Positions 25,041 through 38,837 of a stretch of 64,000 bases of DNA are shown here, in pieces. Origin of the DNA: Eukaryota sp. TZLM1-RC (lineage: Eukaryota; Protista; Metamonada: BaSk clade); contig JAUPSS010000010.1 in NCBI GenBank assembly GCA_040285825.1, positions 124,001 to 188,000 on the forward strand, written 5' to 3'. The position numbers and the translations under genes were made by a program. The notes beneath the pieces are model-generated. The model ran no database searches. It was not told the origin of the DNA and saw only the letters and a program-made list of their open reading frames with translations. The stretch's first letter is position 1. Every line of letters starts with the position of its first letter.

Positions 25041-26424
25041 TAATAATTTTAATTTTATTCTAAACCTATAAATCAACATCTAAAAAATCCATCTCTCCCA
25101 AAACAAAAACACTAGATGCAACTCTCTCATAGTGAGATCCAAGAGAAAGCAAAGCAACGGAAACCATCTTCAACATCCCCTTAAAAATAGAAAACACAAT
25201 TCTATTTTGCCAAAACAATCTGTTGAAATTTCTGCTAGTTCTTCTCTTTACAATCATTTCAAAATCATCCAAAAAACGTAAAGCAGTTGGTGCAAGTGAA
25301 CCAAAAAGGGAAAAAACAAATGGATACAAATTGTATTTTGCATGCTGTAGACTGGCCAATTTGGACAAAGGTTCATTGTATTTTTGAATTTAAAATTTTC
25401 AGCATTTGAAAGGGGATTATGAATTTCAGAATTAACAAGCCTTTCATTTGAGGCATTACAAGGATCAACAGACATTACATCCAATAAAATGAAGCTTCCA
25501 TCTAATCCAGGTAATATGACATCACCTCTATTATTCTTATGAAAATCATTTTCAGCATCAAACAGATTTGACAACAGAGGTTCCAAGAAGGATTCAATTC
25601 TATGAGATTTACACATACAATATAACTGGTCTCTTACAGCATCATGAACCTTGCTTCTAAAAAGTAATAAAATGTTTACAATTTAACAAATGAGTAGTTG
25701 TAATTTCTCGAGAACATTTACAAATTAAATTATGAGGTAAATTATCAGGCCAGATAAAGGAACGAAATCTCATATTCAGAGTCCAAGCAGAATCGGATAA
25801 GCGAGTACCATAAACTTGTGGAATTGTTGTTACTAAGGCAGAAGAAGTACTGTCACACATATCTTGTAAAAGATTTGCAAAAGCGGGATTCTTTTTCTTG
25901 GCCAAGCCAAGTCTAACATCAAAATCCAAGCTTTCAAAAATCTTTGACAATTTTTGTTGAAGCTTTTTACAGCAAAACTGTAAATTAAATAGAGATCGGT
26001 TTGGAATTTCTTGAATTGATTGAGGAAAACATTTGGTCCAAATTTGTGGCGGTAATTTTTCAAGTTCACAAGATAACTCATACAAATAGGGACTACAATT
26101 GGGGACTAACAGATGAGAATCATCAGGAAATCTACGAGAAAATTCATAAATAAAATTTTTGCCACCACCCAAGAATGCTGATTGACACAAAATTGAAGAT
26201 TTAGTAAAACCAATACCACCCAAATTTGCTGAAGAAAATAAATGGCTTTTCAACATTCCTGGTTCTACATCCAATAAATCAGCAAAAAATTCTGTTCTCA
26301 ATGAATTAAAAGAACGACAAAAATCTAATGCTATGGAAGGAGCACAAGATCTCAAAATGTGGGTTATTCTCCCAGTGTAGCAAATTTTAAGCATGAAAAA
26401 TTTAATATGCTTTTCTATATCTAA

Positions 26425-26901
26425 TGTCACAGTGGATGTTTGCAAGAAAAATGCCTTGAAAAATGCTCAATCCGAAGTATCCCCCCTTGATGACTCCGAA
26501 TTGTACAAACGGAAAAAGTATGCAAATCCATTAAAAGAATTGAAACATGTTCGCCATGTTGATTACCAAATTTGCCCATTTGCTATATCGTTGTATGGTC
26601 GTCTTGGAAAAACTGCTTTGAATTTTATTGATGATTTTGAAAATCTTGTAAAAAAAAGAATGAATAAGCGTTTTGATCGTCGCTTGTGGCTAAATTTTTT
26701 TTTTAAAAAAAAATGGCTAAATCGTATTGTTTTTACTATTTTCAAATCAATTCCTAAAATGATTTCGAAAGCTTTAATGTCTGTCAGTGCACATTATGAA
26801 AACATTGCTGCTGTAAGGTTTGATGGTGTGGAAGCTTGTTTTGAAGATATTGACTTTTAGACTGTGGTTTTGAAAATAAATTAAAAGTATTTAAAAAAAA
26901 A
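26425..26901 (+). mobile_element. Family B1 3' part inserted antisense into A
   Basis: TSD ttctatatctaa at 26413-26424 and 26902-26913. Confidence 0.92.
26696..26713. mobile_element. T9A9 tail-only micro-insertion in B
   Basis: TSD tggctaaat at 26687-26695 and 26714-26722; resembles the T7-poly(A) end of family D. Confidence 0.75.
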
Positions 26902-27184
26902 TTCTATATCTAAAAAAAGAAGAAATAAAAAAGAAGAAGAAATTGAATCAAGTTCAATTTTCATTTTTTCCAAAATATCTTGCAATTCATTCTGAATTTG
27001 AGGCACATTTCCTAACCAACAACCAAGGAACTTAAAAGCATCACTACTATAATTAGTAAAAGGGACAATAGAATCGTTTATCACGAGGTCTTGAGCAGAA
27101 GAGCCAATCAGAAGGCATTTGCTGGCATTAAGATGAAGCCCAATATTTTCATATGAATCGGCAATTTCTTGAGCAACCAATTCT

Positions 27185-28152
27185 TTTTTTTTTAAATTTA
27201 ATTTTATTCTAAACCTATAAATCAACATCTAAAAAATCCATCTCTCCCAGAACAAAAACACTAGATGCAACTCTCTCATAGTGAGAACCAAGAGACAGCA
27301 AAGCATCAGAAACCATCTTCAACATCCCCTTAAAAATAGAAAACACAATTCTATTTTGCCAAAACAATCTGTTGAAATTTCTCCCAGTTCTTCTCTTTAC
27401 AATCAATTCAAAATCATCCAAAAAACGTAAAGCAGTTGGTGCAAGTGAACCAAAAAGGGAAAATACAAATGGATACAAATTGTATTTTGCATGCTGTAGA
27501 CTGGCCAATTTGGACAAAGGTTCATTGTATTTTTTGAATTTAAAATTTTCAGCATTTGAAAGAGGATTACGAATTTCAGAATTAACTAGCCTTTCATTTG
27601 AGGCATTACAAGGATCAACAGACATTACATCCAATAAAATGAAGCTTCCATCTAATCCAGGTAATATAACATCACCTCTATTATTCTTATGAAAATCATT
27701 TTCAGCATCAAACAGATTTGACAACAAAGGTTCCAAGAAGGATTCAATTCTATGAGATTTACACATACAATATAACTGGTCTCTTACAGCATCATGAACC
27801 TTGCTTCTAAAAGTAATAAAATGTTTACAATTTAACAAATGAGTAGTTGTAATTTCTCGAGAACATTTACAAATTAAATTATGAGGTAAATTATCAGGCC
27901 AGATAAAGGAACGAAATCTCATATTCAGAGTCCAAGCAGAATCGGATAAGAGAGTACCATAAACTTGTGGAATTGTTGTTACTAAGGCAGAAGAAGTACT
28001 GTCACACATATCTTGTAAAAGATTTGCAAAAGCGGGATTCTTTTTCTTGGCCAAGCCAAGTCTAACATCAAAATCCAAGCTTTCAAAAATCTTTGACAAT
28101 TTTTGTTGAAGCTTTTTACAGCAAAACTGTAAATTAAATTAATTAAATTAAT
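27185..28152 (-). mobile_element. Family A 3' part inserted in sense into A
   Basis: TSD gcaaccaattct at 27173-27184 and 28153-28164; ORF 27215-28099. Confidence 0.92.
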
Positions 28153-29697
28153 GCAACCAATTCTAGTAAATCAAATGAACCAATCAAGGATATATCATCC
28201 ATATAAGCAACTATTTTTATAGAAGGGTATTTTTGCTTAATGAAATTTAAAGTTTTGTGAATAGCTAAACAAAACAATAATGGGCCTAAAGGATCTCCCT
28301 GCTTCACTCCAGAAGTTGATTTAAGACCAAATGAATTAAAAATTAAATCTGATTCTTTCCCATAAAAATGGTAGAAAAAACTCGATAGCTCAGGAAAATC
28401 AGATTTAATAACTTCAAAAATTGCTTCTCGCTTTACAGAATTAAAAGCATTTTTAAAGTCGAGATTAAAAATAAAATTATTTTCCTCTGCATTAAAAAAG
28501 GTATCAGAGGCAATAGCAGCAACAGAAGCACCATCAATTGTTTTGATTCCAAATTGATGAGGATTCAAAAATGTAGAAGCTTTGTCTTTGACACGATCGA
28601 AGACAATTGATGCTAGCAAACGAGAAAGAGATTCACCAACAGCAATTGGGCGTATTCCATCAGGTTTGATTCCGTTTCCAGGCTTTACTAAAGCAATCAG
28701 ACGTGCTGCGAGTAATTCAAATGGAGGATTAATTTTCAAAACAATCAATTGTTGAAAATAGTGGGCTAGATCATCAGCAATTTCGGGAGCACTGGAACAC
28801 GCTATTTTTAACAGATCAAAAGAAATTCCAGATGGGCCTGCTGCTTTCCCCTTTGGCAATTTTTGAATAGCTTTAAGAACTTCAATTGCAGTAATAGGAT
28901 TTTCAATCCAAAAAGGAATTTTAAAAAGGAAAATTTGGAATCAAAACAATTGATGGTGCTTCTGTTGCTGCTATTGCCTCTGATACCTTTTTTAATGCAG
29001 AGGAAAATAATTTTATTTTTAATCTCGACTTTAAAAATGCTTTTAATTCTGTAAAGCGAGAAGCAATTTTTGAAGTTATTAAATCTGATTTTCCTGAGCT
29101 ATCGAGTTTTTTCTACCATTTTTATGGGAAAGAATCAGATTTAATTTTTAATTCATTTGGTCTTAAATCATCTTCTGGAGTGAAGCAAGGAGATCCTTTA
29201 GGCCCATTATTGTTTTGTTTAGCTATTCACAAAACTTTAAATATCATTAAGCAAAAATACCCTTCCATAAAAATAGTTGCTTATATGGATGATATATCCT
29301 TGATTGGTTCATTTGATTTACTAGAATTGGTTGCTCAAGAAATTGCCGATTCATATGAAAATATTGGGCTTCATCTTAATGCCAGCAAATGCCTTCTGAT
29401 TGGCTCTTCTGCTCAAGACCTCGTGATAAACGATTCTATTGTCCCTTTTACTAATTATAGTAGTGATGCTTTTAAGTTCCTTGGTTGTTGGTTAGGAAAT
29501 GTGCCTCAAATTCATAATGAATTGCAAGTTATTTTGGAAAAAATGAAAATTGAACTTGATTCAATTTCTTCTTTAGATATAGAAAAGCATATTAAATTTT
29601 TCATGCTTAAAATTTGCTACACTGGGAGAATAACCCACATTTTGAGATCTTGTGCTCCTTCCATAGCATTAGATTTTTGTCGTTCATTCAATTCATT

Positions 29698-30481
29698 TTT
29701 TTTTAAATTTATTTTTATTCTAAACCTATAAATCAACATCTAAAAAATCCATCTCTCCCAAAACAAAACACTAGATGCAACTCTCTCATAGTGAGATCCA
29801 AGAGAAAGCAAAGCATCAGAAACCATCTTCAACATCCCCTTAAAAATAGAAAACACAATTCTATTTTGCCAAAACAACCTGTTGAAATTTCTGCCAGTTC
29901 TTCTCTTTACAATCATTTCAAAATCATCCAAAAAACGTAAAGCAGTTGGTGCAAGTGAACCAAAAAGGGAAAATACAAATGGATACAAATTGTATTTTGC
30001 ATGCTGTAGACTGGCCAATTTGGACAAAGGTTCATTGTATTTTTTGAATTTAAAATTTTCAGCATTTGAAAGGGGATTATGAATTTCAGAATTAACAAGC
30101 CTTTCATTTGAGGCATTACAAGGATCAACAGACATTACATCCAATAAAATAAAGCTTCCATCTAATCCAGGTAATATGACATCACCTCTATTATTCTTAT
30201 GAAAATCATTTTCAGCATCAAACAGATTTGACAACAGAGGTTCCAAGAAGGATTCAATTCTATGAGATTTACACATACAATATAACTGGTCTCTTACAGC
30301 ATCATGAACCTTGCTTCTAAAAGTAATAAAATGTTTACAATTTAACAAATGAGTAGTTGTAATTTCTTGAGAACATTTACAAATTAAATTATGAGGTAAA
30401 TTATCAGGTCAGATAAAGGAACGAAATCTCATATTCAGAGTCCAAGCAGAATCGGATAAGAGAGTACCATAAACTTGTGGA
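29698..30481 (-). mobile_element. Family A 3' part inserted antisense into A
   Basis: TSD attcaattcatt at 29686-29697 and 30482-30493. Confidence 0.92.
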
Positions 30482-31779
30482 ATTCAATTCATTGAGAACA
30501 GAATTTTTTGCTGGTTTATTGGATGTAGAACCTGAATGTTGAAAAGTCACTTATTTTCTTCAGCAAATTTGGGGGGTATTGGATTTACTAAATCTTCAAT
30601 TTTGTGTCAATCAGCATTCTTGGGTGGTGGCAAAAATTTTATTTATGAATTTTCTCGTAGATTTCCTGATGATTCTCATCTGTTAGTCCCCAATTGTAGT
30701 CCCTATTTGTATGAGTTATCTTGTGAACTTGAAAAATTACCGCCACAAATTTGGACCAAATGTTTTCCTCAATCAATTCAAGAAATTCCAAACCGATCTC
30801 TATTTAATTTACAGTTTTGCTGTAAAAAGCTTCATCCATTCCACTTCCCCACTCTCCCCACAATACAAGCTATGCTCGAAATTCATCTCAAAAAAATTTT
30901 CATTCAAAAACTGATCATTGTACCAGAAAAAACACAGAAAAACCACCATTACGTTCCTTGCGTTCTGTTGCGCGTTCTATTAACAACTCCGTTTCTCGAA
31001 ATTTGTTTTCTCCAGCTGAAACTGCAAAAAGTCAAAAGTCTATTTCTACTTTTAACTCAAAAATTGACAAAATTGAAAGAACTGAAAAAATGAAACCACT
31101 GCCATTAAAAGGTTCTAAAAAATGTTCGATTTGTGGTATCAGTGGTCATAATTCGAGAACGTGCCCTGAGAAACAAAAAAGAGAATTTGAATTAAAATCT
31201 GCTCAACAAATTCTCAAATGTTCTGTTCCAGCTGTTGCCGTTGTGAAAGGTGCTGAAAATAATGTTTCTGACGATCAACAGTTAAATGCTTCTAGTGTTC
31301 CCTCTTCTTCCCCTTCTGAAAACAGTAATTTTTGTTGTCCATTTTGCAAAAAAGATGTTGCAGATTCACGAAATGGTCGAAAACTTTTGTTTTGTACGAA
31401 TTGTAAAGCCGTTGATACCGTAAGACCCCCGATCCGGATCCCAGTAGAAATAAGTCCCGCCAGCACAATCCCCTTCTCAATGGAAATGAGAAATTTTACT
31501 TCTGAATTGAAAAATAATAAGTGGAATATTTCATCCTTCTGGAAATATTTTGCTAGAAAAAACAAAAATTGTTTTAAGAAAAAATTTGGAAATAGAAAAA
31601 TCGCAAAATCAAAAATTTGCCGAAAATTGTGCTTACGTGGTCGTTATGGTGCCGCAAAGCAGTCTTTGTTTTCCTCTTCTTTGGCTGATGTAAACTCTGA
31701 TACCCTTGAAAAACTCCAAAAGTTGCATCCTCAAGAAAATTTCAAGTGCAGCAAGCCTGAAGTGTGTCCTTTTTGGATT

Positions 31780-34700
31780 TTATTTTTTTTTCTCACTCAC
31801 TTTCAACGTCCTCCTTTTTCTTAACTTGACGTCCTATTGTCGGTTCGATTGAATTCCTCCAGTCTTAATGTCAGACAGTCTCAGTGATACTGACTGGACT
31901 GCAAAAAGTACCGAACGTGATCTTGACAAACCAACCTCCTCAACCACCAATCGTTCTCATTCTCCCCACCTGTCACTCCATGCTAGAAAATCATTGGAAA
32001 AAAATTTAAATGAAAATATTTCTAAACCCCGCCGCAAATGTAGTAAATGTCGAAAATCCGGACATAACATTGCAACTTGTCCGCTTATTCAAAAGGAAAA
32101 ACTGAATGCTCGTGCTGCAATTGCTGATTTAAATTTTTCGTTATCACACAATCCTAAAAATGAATTTTTAAGTGAGATTCCCGATAACACTCCTATCAAA
32201 GAAGATCAAAAGGATGAAAAAAAATGTGTTTTTTGTCGAAAGCTTGTTGCTGTCAATGATTCCGGTCGACCTTTACTTTTTTGTGATTCTTGTGTTGCTG
32301 CAGATCAGCTACGTTGTCCCATTCGTGTTCCTGCTCAGCTTAGTCCGTTGGCTTCGATACCTTTTGCTGTTGTTCTTCGTGCCTTTACTGAAAATCTCCG
32401 TAAAGGATTATGGGATGTTACGCCTATTTGGAAATTTTTTCTGAAAAAAGATAAAAAACTTTTATCGAAAAAATCAAATTTTAAAAAAAATGTTTTTTCG
32501 AAAGAAAAATTAGTGAGAAAATTAGCTTTAAAAGGACGTTTTGGATCTGCAAAACAATGTTTATTTTCTTCTGATTTAGCTGAATGTAATGAAAGCACAT
32601 TGTTCCAATTGAATCATCTTCATCCGGAAGAAAATTTTCATTGTACTAAACCAGATTCAGTTGATTATTGGCTGCAAAATCCTGTCAATGCTTCTGAGGT
32701 ATTGAAACTGATTCAGCAAATGCCTACTGGAAAAGCTCCTGGGCCATCTTTGTTGAATTTTGACATGATCAAATCAGCTGTTGGACAGTGTCCTGAAATT
32801 GCTGACGATCTTGTTCTTTTTTTCAACAATCTTCTTACGTTAAAAATTAAAGTCCCTTTTGAGATGACCAGTGCTCGCTTAATTGCCCTTAAAAAAAGTC
32901 AATCCAAAATCCGTCCAATTGCAATTGGAGAATCTTTTTCAAGAATTCTTGCGTCTCTTGTTTTCAATAGAATTGGAAAAAAAGCCAAGGAATTTTTCAG
33001 TCCGTTTCAATTTGGAATCAAGACAATTGATGGTGCTTCTTCTGCTGCTCTTTCGTCGGATGTGTTTTTTAATTCTAGTGATTCTAATTACATCTTCAAT
33101 TTAGATTTTAAGAATGCTTTCAATTCTGTATCTCGTTCTTCCATTTTACCTTTGCTGCAAAAGCATTTTCCTGAAGTTGAGCCTTTTTTCTATTCATTTT
33201 ATGGAAAATCATCCACATTGGTCTATGAAAATTTTGACCTGCTTTCGTCTTCAGGTGTTAAACAAGGTGATCCACTTGGTCCTTTTTTCTTTTGTCTGGC
33301 AATTCATCCATTAATGTGCGAATTGAAAGAAAAATTCCCAGAAATAGATATTGTAGCATATATGGATGACATTTCTGTAATTGCTCCTATTACAATTCTG
33401 AAACAAATAGCAACTTTTATTCAACAGCGTTATGAAGATATTGGTCTCTCATTGAATATCTCCAAATGTTTGATTATTGGCCATGAACCAATTGATTTTT
33501 TCATTAATGATGTAAATGTCCCCTTTATCAATTATGATCAGTCTGGTTTTCGTTTTTTGGGTTGTTATCTCGGAAATATTGATGAAGTGAAAAGCCAACT
33601 TTCGACTCTGTTGACTCAATTTGGAAATGAATTAGAATCAATAGAAAATTTAAATATTGAGAAACATTTGAAATTCTTTTTCCTCAAAATCTGTTATTCT
33701 GGAAAATTTACTCATATTTTGAGATCAACATCACCATCAATTTCCTTGGAGTTCTCTCGCATTTTTAATGAACAAAGAACTAATTTTTTAGCAAAATTAT
33801 TGGAAATTGATGCATCTCAGTTACGAAGCCACATTTTTGTGGTACAAATTTTGGTGGTGTTGATTTTCATAAGTCAAGCTACCTTTGTAAAGCTGCCTTT
33901 ATTGGAGGTGGAAAGAATTTTATTTATGAATTTGTGAATCGTTTTCCTGAAAAAATTCATCTCATTGAAAATTGTGGCAGCTCCTATCTTATTTCTTTGC
34001 AACAGGAAATTGAAACTCTTTCACCCAATATTTGGGCTAAATGTTTCCCCTCTGATATTGTGGAACTTCCTTCAAGAAGCTTGCTCTCCTTACCATTGAC
34101 TTTTGCAAAATTGCAGAAAAAAATTTTGAAAGTTTTAGAAAACTTGGATTATTTTGTACGTCTTAGCTTGGCTAAGGAAAAAAATCCCGTTTTTGCAAAC
34201 TTTTTGATTGATCTTGAAGACAGTTGCTCAAGTTGCTTAATCTCCCAAATTCCCAACATTTACGGCCTTCTACTTAATGATCATCAATGGACCACTGCAA
34301 TGAGATTGAGATGTTTTCTATGGCCTTGCTCATTGCCAAATGATTTAATTTGTCGCTGCAAGAGTGTTGTTACGCTTTCCCATATTTTAAACTGTAAGTA
34401 TTTCATAACTTATCGCTCACTTGTTCATGACTCAGTTCGTGATCAATTATATGCCATGTGCAAAAGTTTCAATATAGAGGCATTTATTGAGCCACTAGTA
34501 CGTAAGCTGTCTTCAGATCAAACTGATGATTCCTTTGGTAAAAGAAGGGCAGATTTAGTAGCTCCAGGGATCGATGGTGTTCTCAATGTTGTAGACGTTG
34601 TCTCAGTGGATGTTTGCAAAAATTCTGCTGCTCGTTTAGTGTATTCCGCTGACTCGCCGTTATCTAACGCCGAAAAAAAGAAGATAAAAAAATATGAAGA

Positions 34701-35055
34701 ACCTTTGGCACAGTTAGGTAGAGTGGAACATGTGAAATATCAGTTTGTGCCGTTTGCAATTTCTCTTTTTGGCAATATTGGACCTTCAGGCTTGCACTTT
34801 TTGGAAAATTTTAAAAAGTGTTACTGAATAGGTCTGGTAAAACAATGAACTCCACTTTCTGGTTAAATAGAATTGTTTTTTGCATTTTCAAGTCTATTCC
34901 AACAATGATTTCAAAGGCACTTTTAGCTATTGGTGTAGAATATGAACGTAATGCTGTGAGTAGGTTCAGTAATAGTGACGCTTGTTTGGAGGATATTGAA
35001 TTCTAGATGGTTATTTTTATCTCAATAAATATTCCAGTTTTTTTAAAAAAAAAAA
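31780..35055 (+). mobile_element. Family D full-length copy inserted in sense into A
   Basis: TSD ttttggatt at 31771-31779 and 35056-35064; oligo-T leader; AATAAA plus A11. Confidence 0.95.
31868..35006 (+). CDS. Family D polyprotein (about 1045 aa): CCHC knuckle, CxxC pair, RT, CCHC, RLE; two frameshifts at homopolymer runs (near 33838 and 34817), possibly sequencing errors
   Basis: ORFs 31868-33937, 33934-34827, 34818-35006; CSKCRKSGHNIATC, YMDD, CRC..HILNC, RRAD..D..KIKKY. Confidence 0.85.
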
Positions 35056-36179
35056 TTTTGGATTGAAAATCCTATTACTGCAATTGAGGTTCTTAAAGCT
35101 ATTCAAAAATTACCTAAGGGGAAAGCAGCAGGCCCATCTGGAATTTCTTTTGATCTCTTAAAAATAGCGTGTTCCAGTGCTCCCGAAATTGCTGATGATC
35201 TAGCCCACTATTTTCAACAATTAATTGTTTTGAAAATAAATCCTCCATTTGAATTGCTCGCAGCACGTCTGATTGCTTTAGTAAAGCCTGGAAACGGAAT
35301 CAAACCTGATGGAATACGCCCAATTGCTGTTGGTGAATCTCTTTCTCGTTTGCTAGCATCAATTGTCTTTGATCGTCTCAAAGACAAAGCTTCTACATTT
35401 TTGAATCCTCATCAATTTGGAATCAAAACCATTGATGGTGCTTCTGTTGCTGCTATTGCCTCTGATACCTTTTTTAATGCAGAGGAAAATAATTTTATTT
35501 TTAATCTCGACTTTAAAAATGCTTTTAATTCTGTAAAGCGAGAAGCAATTTTTGAAGTTATTAAATCTGATTTTCCTGAGCTATCGAGTTTTTTCTACCA
35601 TTTTTATGGGAAAGAATCAGATTTAATTTTTAATTCATTTGGTCTTAAATCATCTTCTGGAGTGAAGCAAGGAGATCCTTTAGGCCCATTATTGTTTTGT
35701 TTAGCTATTCACAAAACTTTAAATATCATTAAGCAAAAATACCCTTCCATAAAAATAGTTGCTTATATGGATGATATATCCTTGATTGGTTCATTTGATT
35801 TACTAGAATTGGTTGCTCAAGAAATTGCCGATTCATATGAAAATATTGGGCTTCATCTTAATGCCAGCAAATGCCTTCTGATTGGCTCTTCTGCTCAAGA
35901 CCTCGTGATAAACGATTCTATTGTCCCTTTTACTAATTATAGTAGTGATGCTTTTAAGTTCCTTGGTTGTTGGTTAGGAAATGTGCCTCAAATTCATAAT
36001 GAATTGCAAGTTATTTTGGAAAAAATGAAAATTGAACTTGATTCAATTTCTTCTTTAGATATAGAAAAGCATATTAAATTTTTCATGCTTAAAATTTGCT
36101 ACACTGGGAGAATAACCCACATTTTGAGATCTTGTGCTCCTTCCATAGCATTAGATTTTTGTCGTTCATTCAATTCATT

Positions 36180-36960
36180 TTTTTTAAATTTATTTTTATT
36201 CTAAACCTATAAATCAACATCTAAAAAAATCCATCTCTCCCAAAACAAAACACTAGATGCAACTCTCTCATAGTGAGATCCAAGAGAAAGCAAAGCATCA
36301 GAAACCATCTTCAACATCCCCTTAAAAATAGAAAACACAATTCTATTTTGCCAAAACAACCTGTTGAAATTTCTGCCAGTTCTTCTCTTTACAATCATTT
36401 CAAAATCATCCAAAAACGTAAAGCAGTTGGTGCAAGTGAACCAAAAGGGAAAATACAAATGGATACAAATTGTATTTTGCATGCTGTAGACTGGCCAATT
36501 TGGACAAAGGTTCATTGTATTTTTGAATTTAAAATTTTCAGCATTTGAAAGGGGATTATGAATTTCAGAATTAACAAGCCTTTCATTTGAGGCATTACAA
36601 GGATCAACAGACATTACATCCAATAAAATAAAGCTTCCATCTAATCCAGGTAATATGACATCACCTCTATTATTCTTATGAAAATCATTTTCAGCATCAA
36701 ACAGATTTGACAACAGAGGTTCCAAGAAGGATTCAATTCTATGAGATTTACACATACAATATAACTGGTCTCTTACAGCATCATGAACCTTGCTTCTAAA
36801 AGTAATAAAATGTTTACAATTTAACAAATGAGTAGTTGTAATTTCTTGAGAACATTTACAAATTAAATTATGAGGTAAATTATCAGGTCAGATAAAGGAA
36901 CGAAATCTCATATTCAGAGTCCAAGCAGAATCGGATAAGAGAGTACCATAAACTTGTGGA
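36180..36960 (-). mobile_element. Duplicate of the antisense A insert at 29698-30481
   Basis: Same TSD (36168-36179, 36961-36972), same tail and same truncation point. Confidence 0.92.
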
Positions 36961-37852
36961 ATTCAATTCATTGAGAACAGAATTTTTTGCTGATTTATTG
37001 GATGTAGAACCTGAATGTTGAAAAAGTCACTTATTTTCTTCAGCAAATTTGGGGGTATTGGATTTACTAAATCTTCAATTTTGTGTCAATCAGCATTCTT
37101 GGGTGGTGGCAAAAATTTTATTTATGAATTTTCTCGTAGATTTCCTGATGATTCTCATCTGTTAGTCCCCAATTGTAGTCCCTATTTGTATGAGTTATCT
37201 TGTGAACTTGAAAAATTACCGCCACAAATTTGGACCAAATGTTTTCCTCAATCAATTCAAGAAATTCCAAACCGATCTCTATTTAATTTACAGTTTTGCT
37301 GTAAAAAACTTCATCCATTCCACTTCCCCACTCTCCCCACAATACAAGCTATGCTCGAAATTCATCTCAAAAAATTTTCATTCAAAAACTGATCATTGTA
37401 CCAGAAAAAACACAGAAAAACCACCATTACGTTCCTTGCGTTCTGTTGCGCGTTCTATTAACAACTCCGTTTCTCGAAATTTGTTTTCTCCAGCTGAAAC
37501 TGCAAAAAGTCAAAAGTCTATTTCTACTTTTAACTCAAAAATTGACAAAATTGAAAGAACTGAAAAAATGAAACCACTGCCATTAAAAGGTTCTAAAAAA
37601 TGTTCGATTTGTGGTATCAGTGGTCATAATTCGAGAACGTGCCCTGAGAAACAAAAAAGAGAATTTGAATTAAAATCTGCTCAACAAATTCTCAAATGTT
37701 CTGTTCCAGCTGTTGCCGTTGTGAAAGGTGCTGAAAATAATGTTTCTGACGATCAACAGTTAAATGCTTCTAGTGTTCCCTCTTCTTCCCCTTCTGAAAA
37801 CAGTAATTTTTGTTGTCCATTTTGCAAAAAAGATGTTGCAGATTCACGAAAT

Positions 37853-38837
37853 CAATTCAAGAAATTCCAAACCGATCTCTATTTAATTTACAGTTTTGCT
37901 GTAAAAAGCTTCAACAAAAATTGTCAAAGATTTTTGAAAGCTTGGATTTTGATGTTAGACTTGGCTTGGCCAAGAAAAAGAATCCCGCTTTTGCAAATCT
38001 TTTACAAGATATGTGTGACAGTACTTCTTCTGCCTTAGTAACAACAATTCCACAAGTTTATGGTACTCTCTTATCCGATTCTGCTTGGACTCTGAATATG
38101 AGATTTCGTTCCTTTATCTGGCCTGATAATTTACCTCATAATTTAATTTGTAAATGTTCTCGAGAAATTACAACTACTCATTTGTTAAATTGTAAACATT
38201 TTATTACTTTTTAGAAGCAAGGTTCATGATGCTGTAAGAGACCAGTTATATTGTATGTGTAAATCTCATAGAATTGAATCCTTCTTGGAACCTTTGTTGT
38301 CAAATCTGTTTGATGCTGAAAATGATTTTCATAAGAATAATAGAGGTGATGTCATATTACCTGGATTAGATGGAAGCTTCATTTTATTGGATGTAATGTC
38401 TGTTGATCCTTGTAATGCCTCAAATGAAAGGCTTGTTAATTCTGAAATTCATAATCCCCTTTCAAATGCTGAAAATTTTAAATTCAAAAAATACAATGAA
38501 CCTTTGTCCAAATTGGCCAGTCTACAGCATGCAAAATACAATTTGTATCCATTTGTATTTTCCCTTTTGGTTCACTTGCACCAACTGCTTTACGTTTTTT
38601 GGATGATTTTGAAATGATTGTAAAGAGAAGAACTGGCAGAAATTTCAACAGATTGTTTTGGCAAAATAGAATTGTGTTCTCTATTTTTAAGGGGATGTTG
38701 AAGATGGTTTCTGATGCTTTGCTTTCTCTTGGATCTCACTATGAGAGAGTTGCATCTAGTGTTTTTGTTTTGGGAGAGATGGATTTTTTAGATGTTGATT
38801 TATAGGTTTAGAATAAAATTAAATTTTAAAAAAAAAA
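37853..38837 (+). mobile_element. Family A 3' part inserted in sense into A
   Basis: TSD agattcacgaaat at 37840-37852 and 38838-38850; poly(A). Confidence 0.92.

Larger units (their letters stand above)
25033..28916 (-). mobile_element. Family A 5'-truncated copy containing B (26425-26901) and A (27185-28152)
   Basis: Poly-T, DVDL*, colinear pieces 25033-26424, 26902-27184, 28153-28916. Confidence 0.9.

Noticed and set aside
28900-28945. Twin priming at the divergent A/A junction
   Set aside because: The two arms overlap in element coordinates by hundreds of bases, which does not fit twin-priming geometry; more likely two copies joined by a deletion
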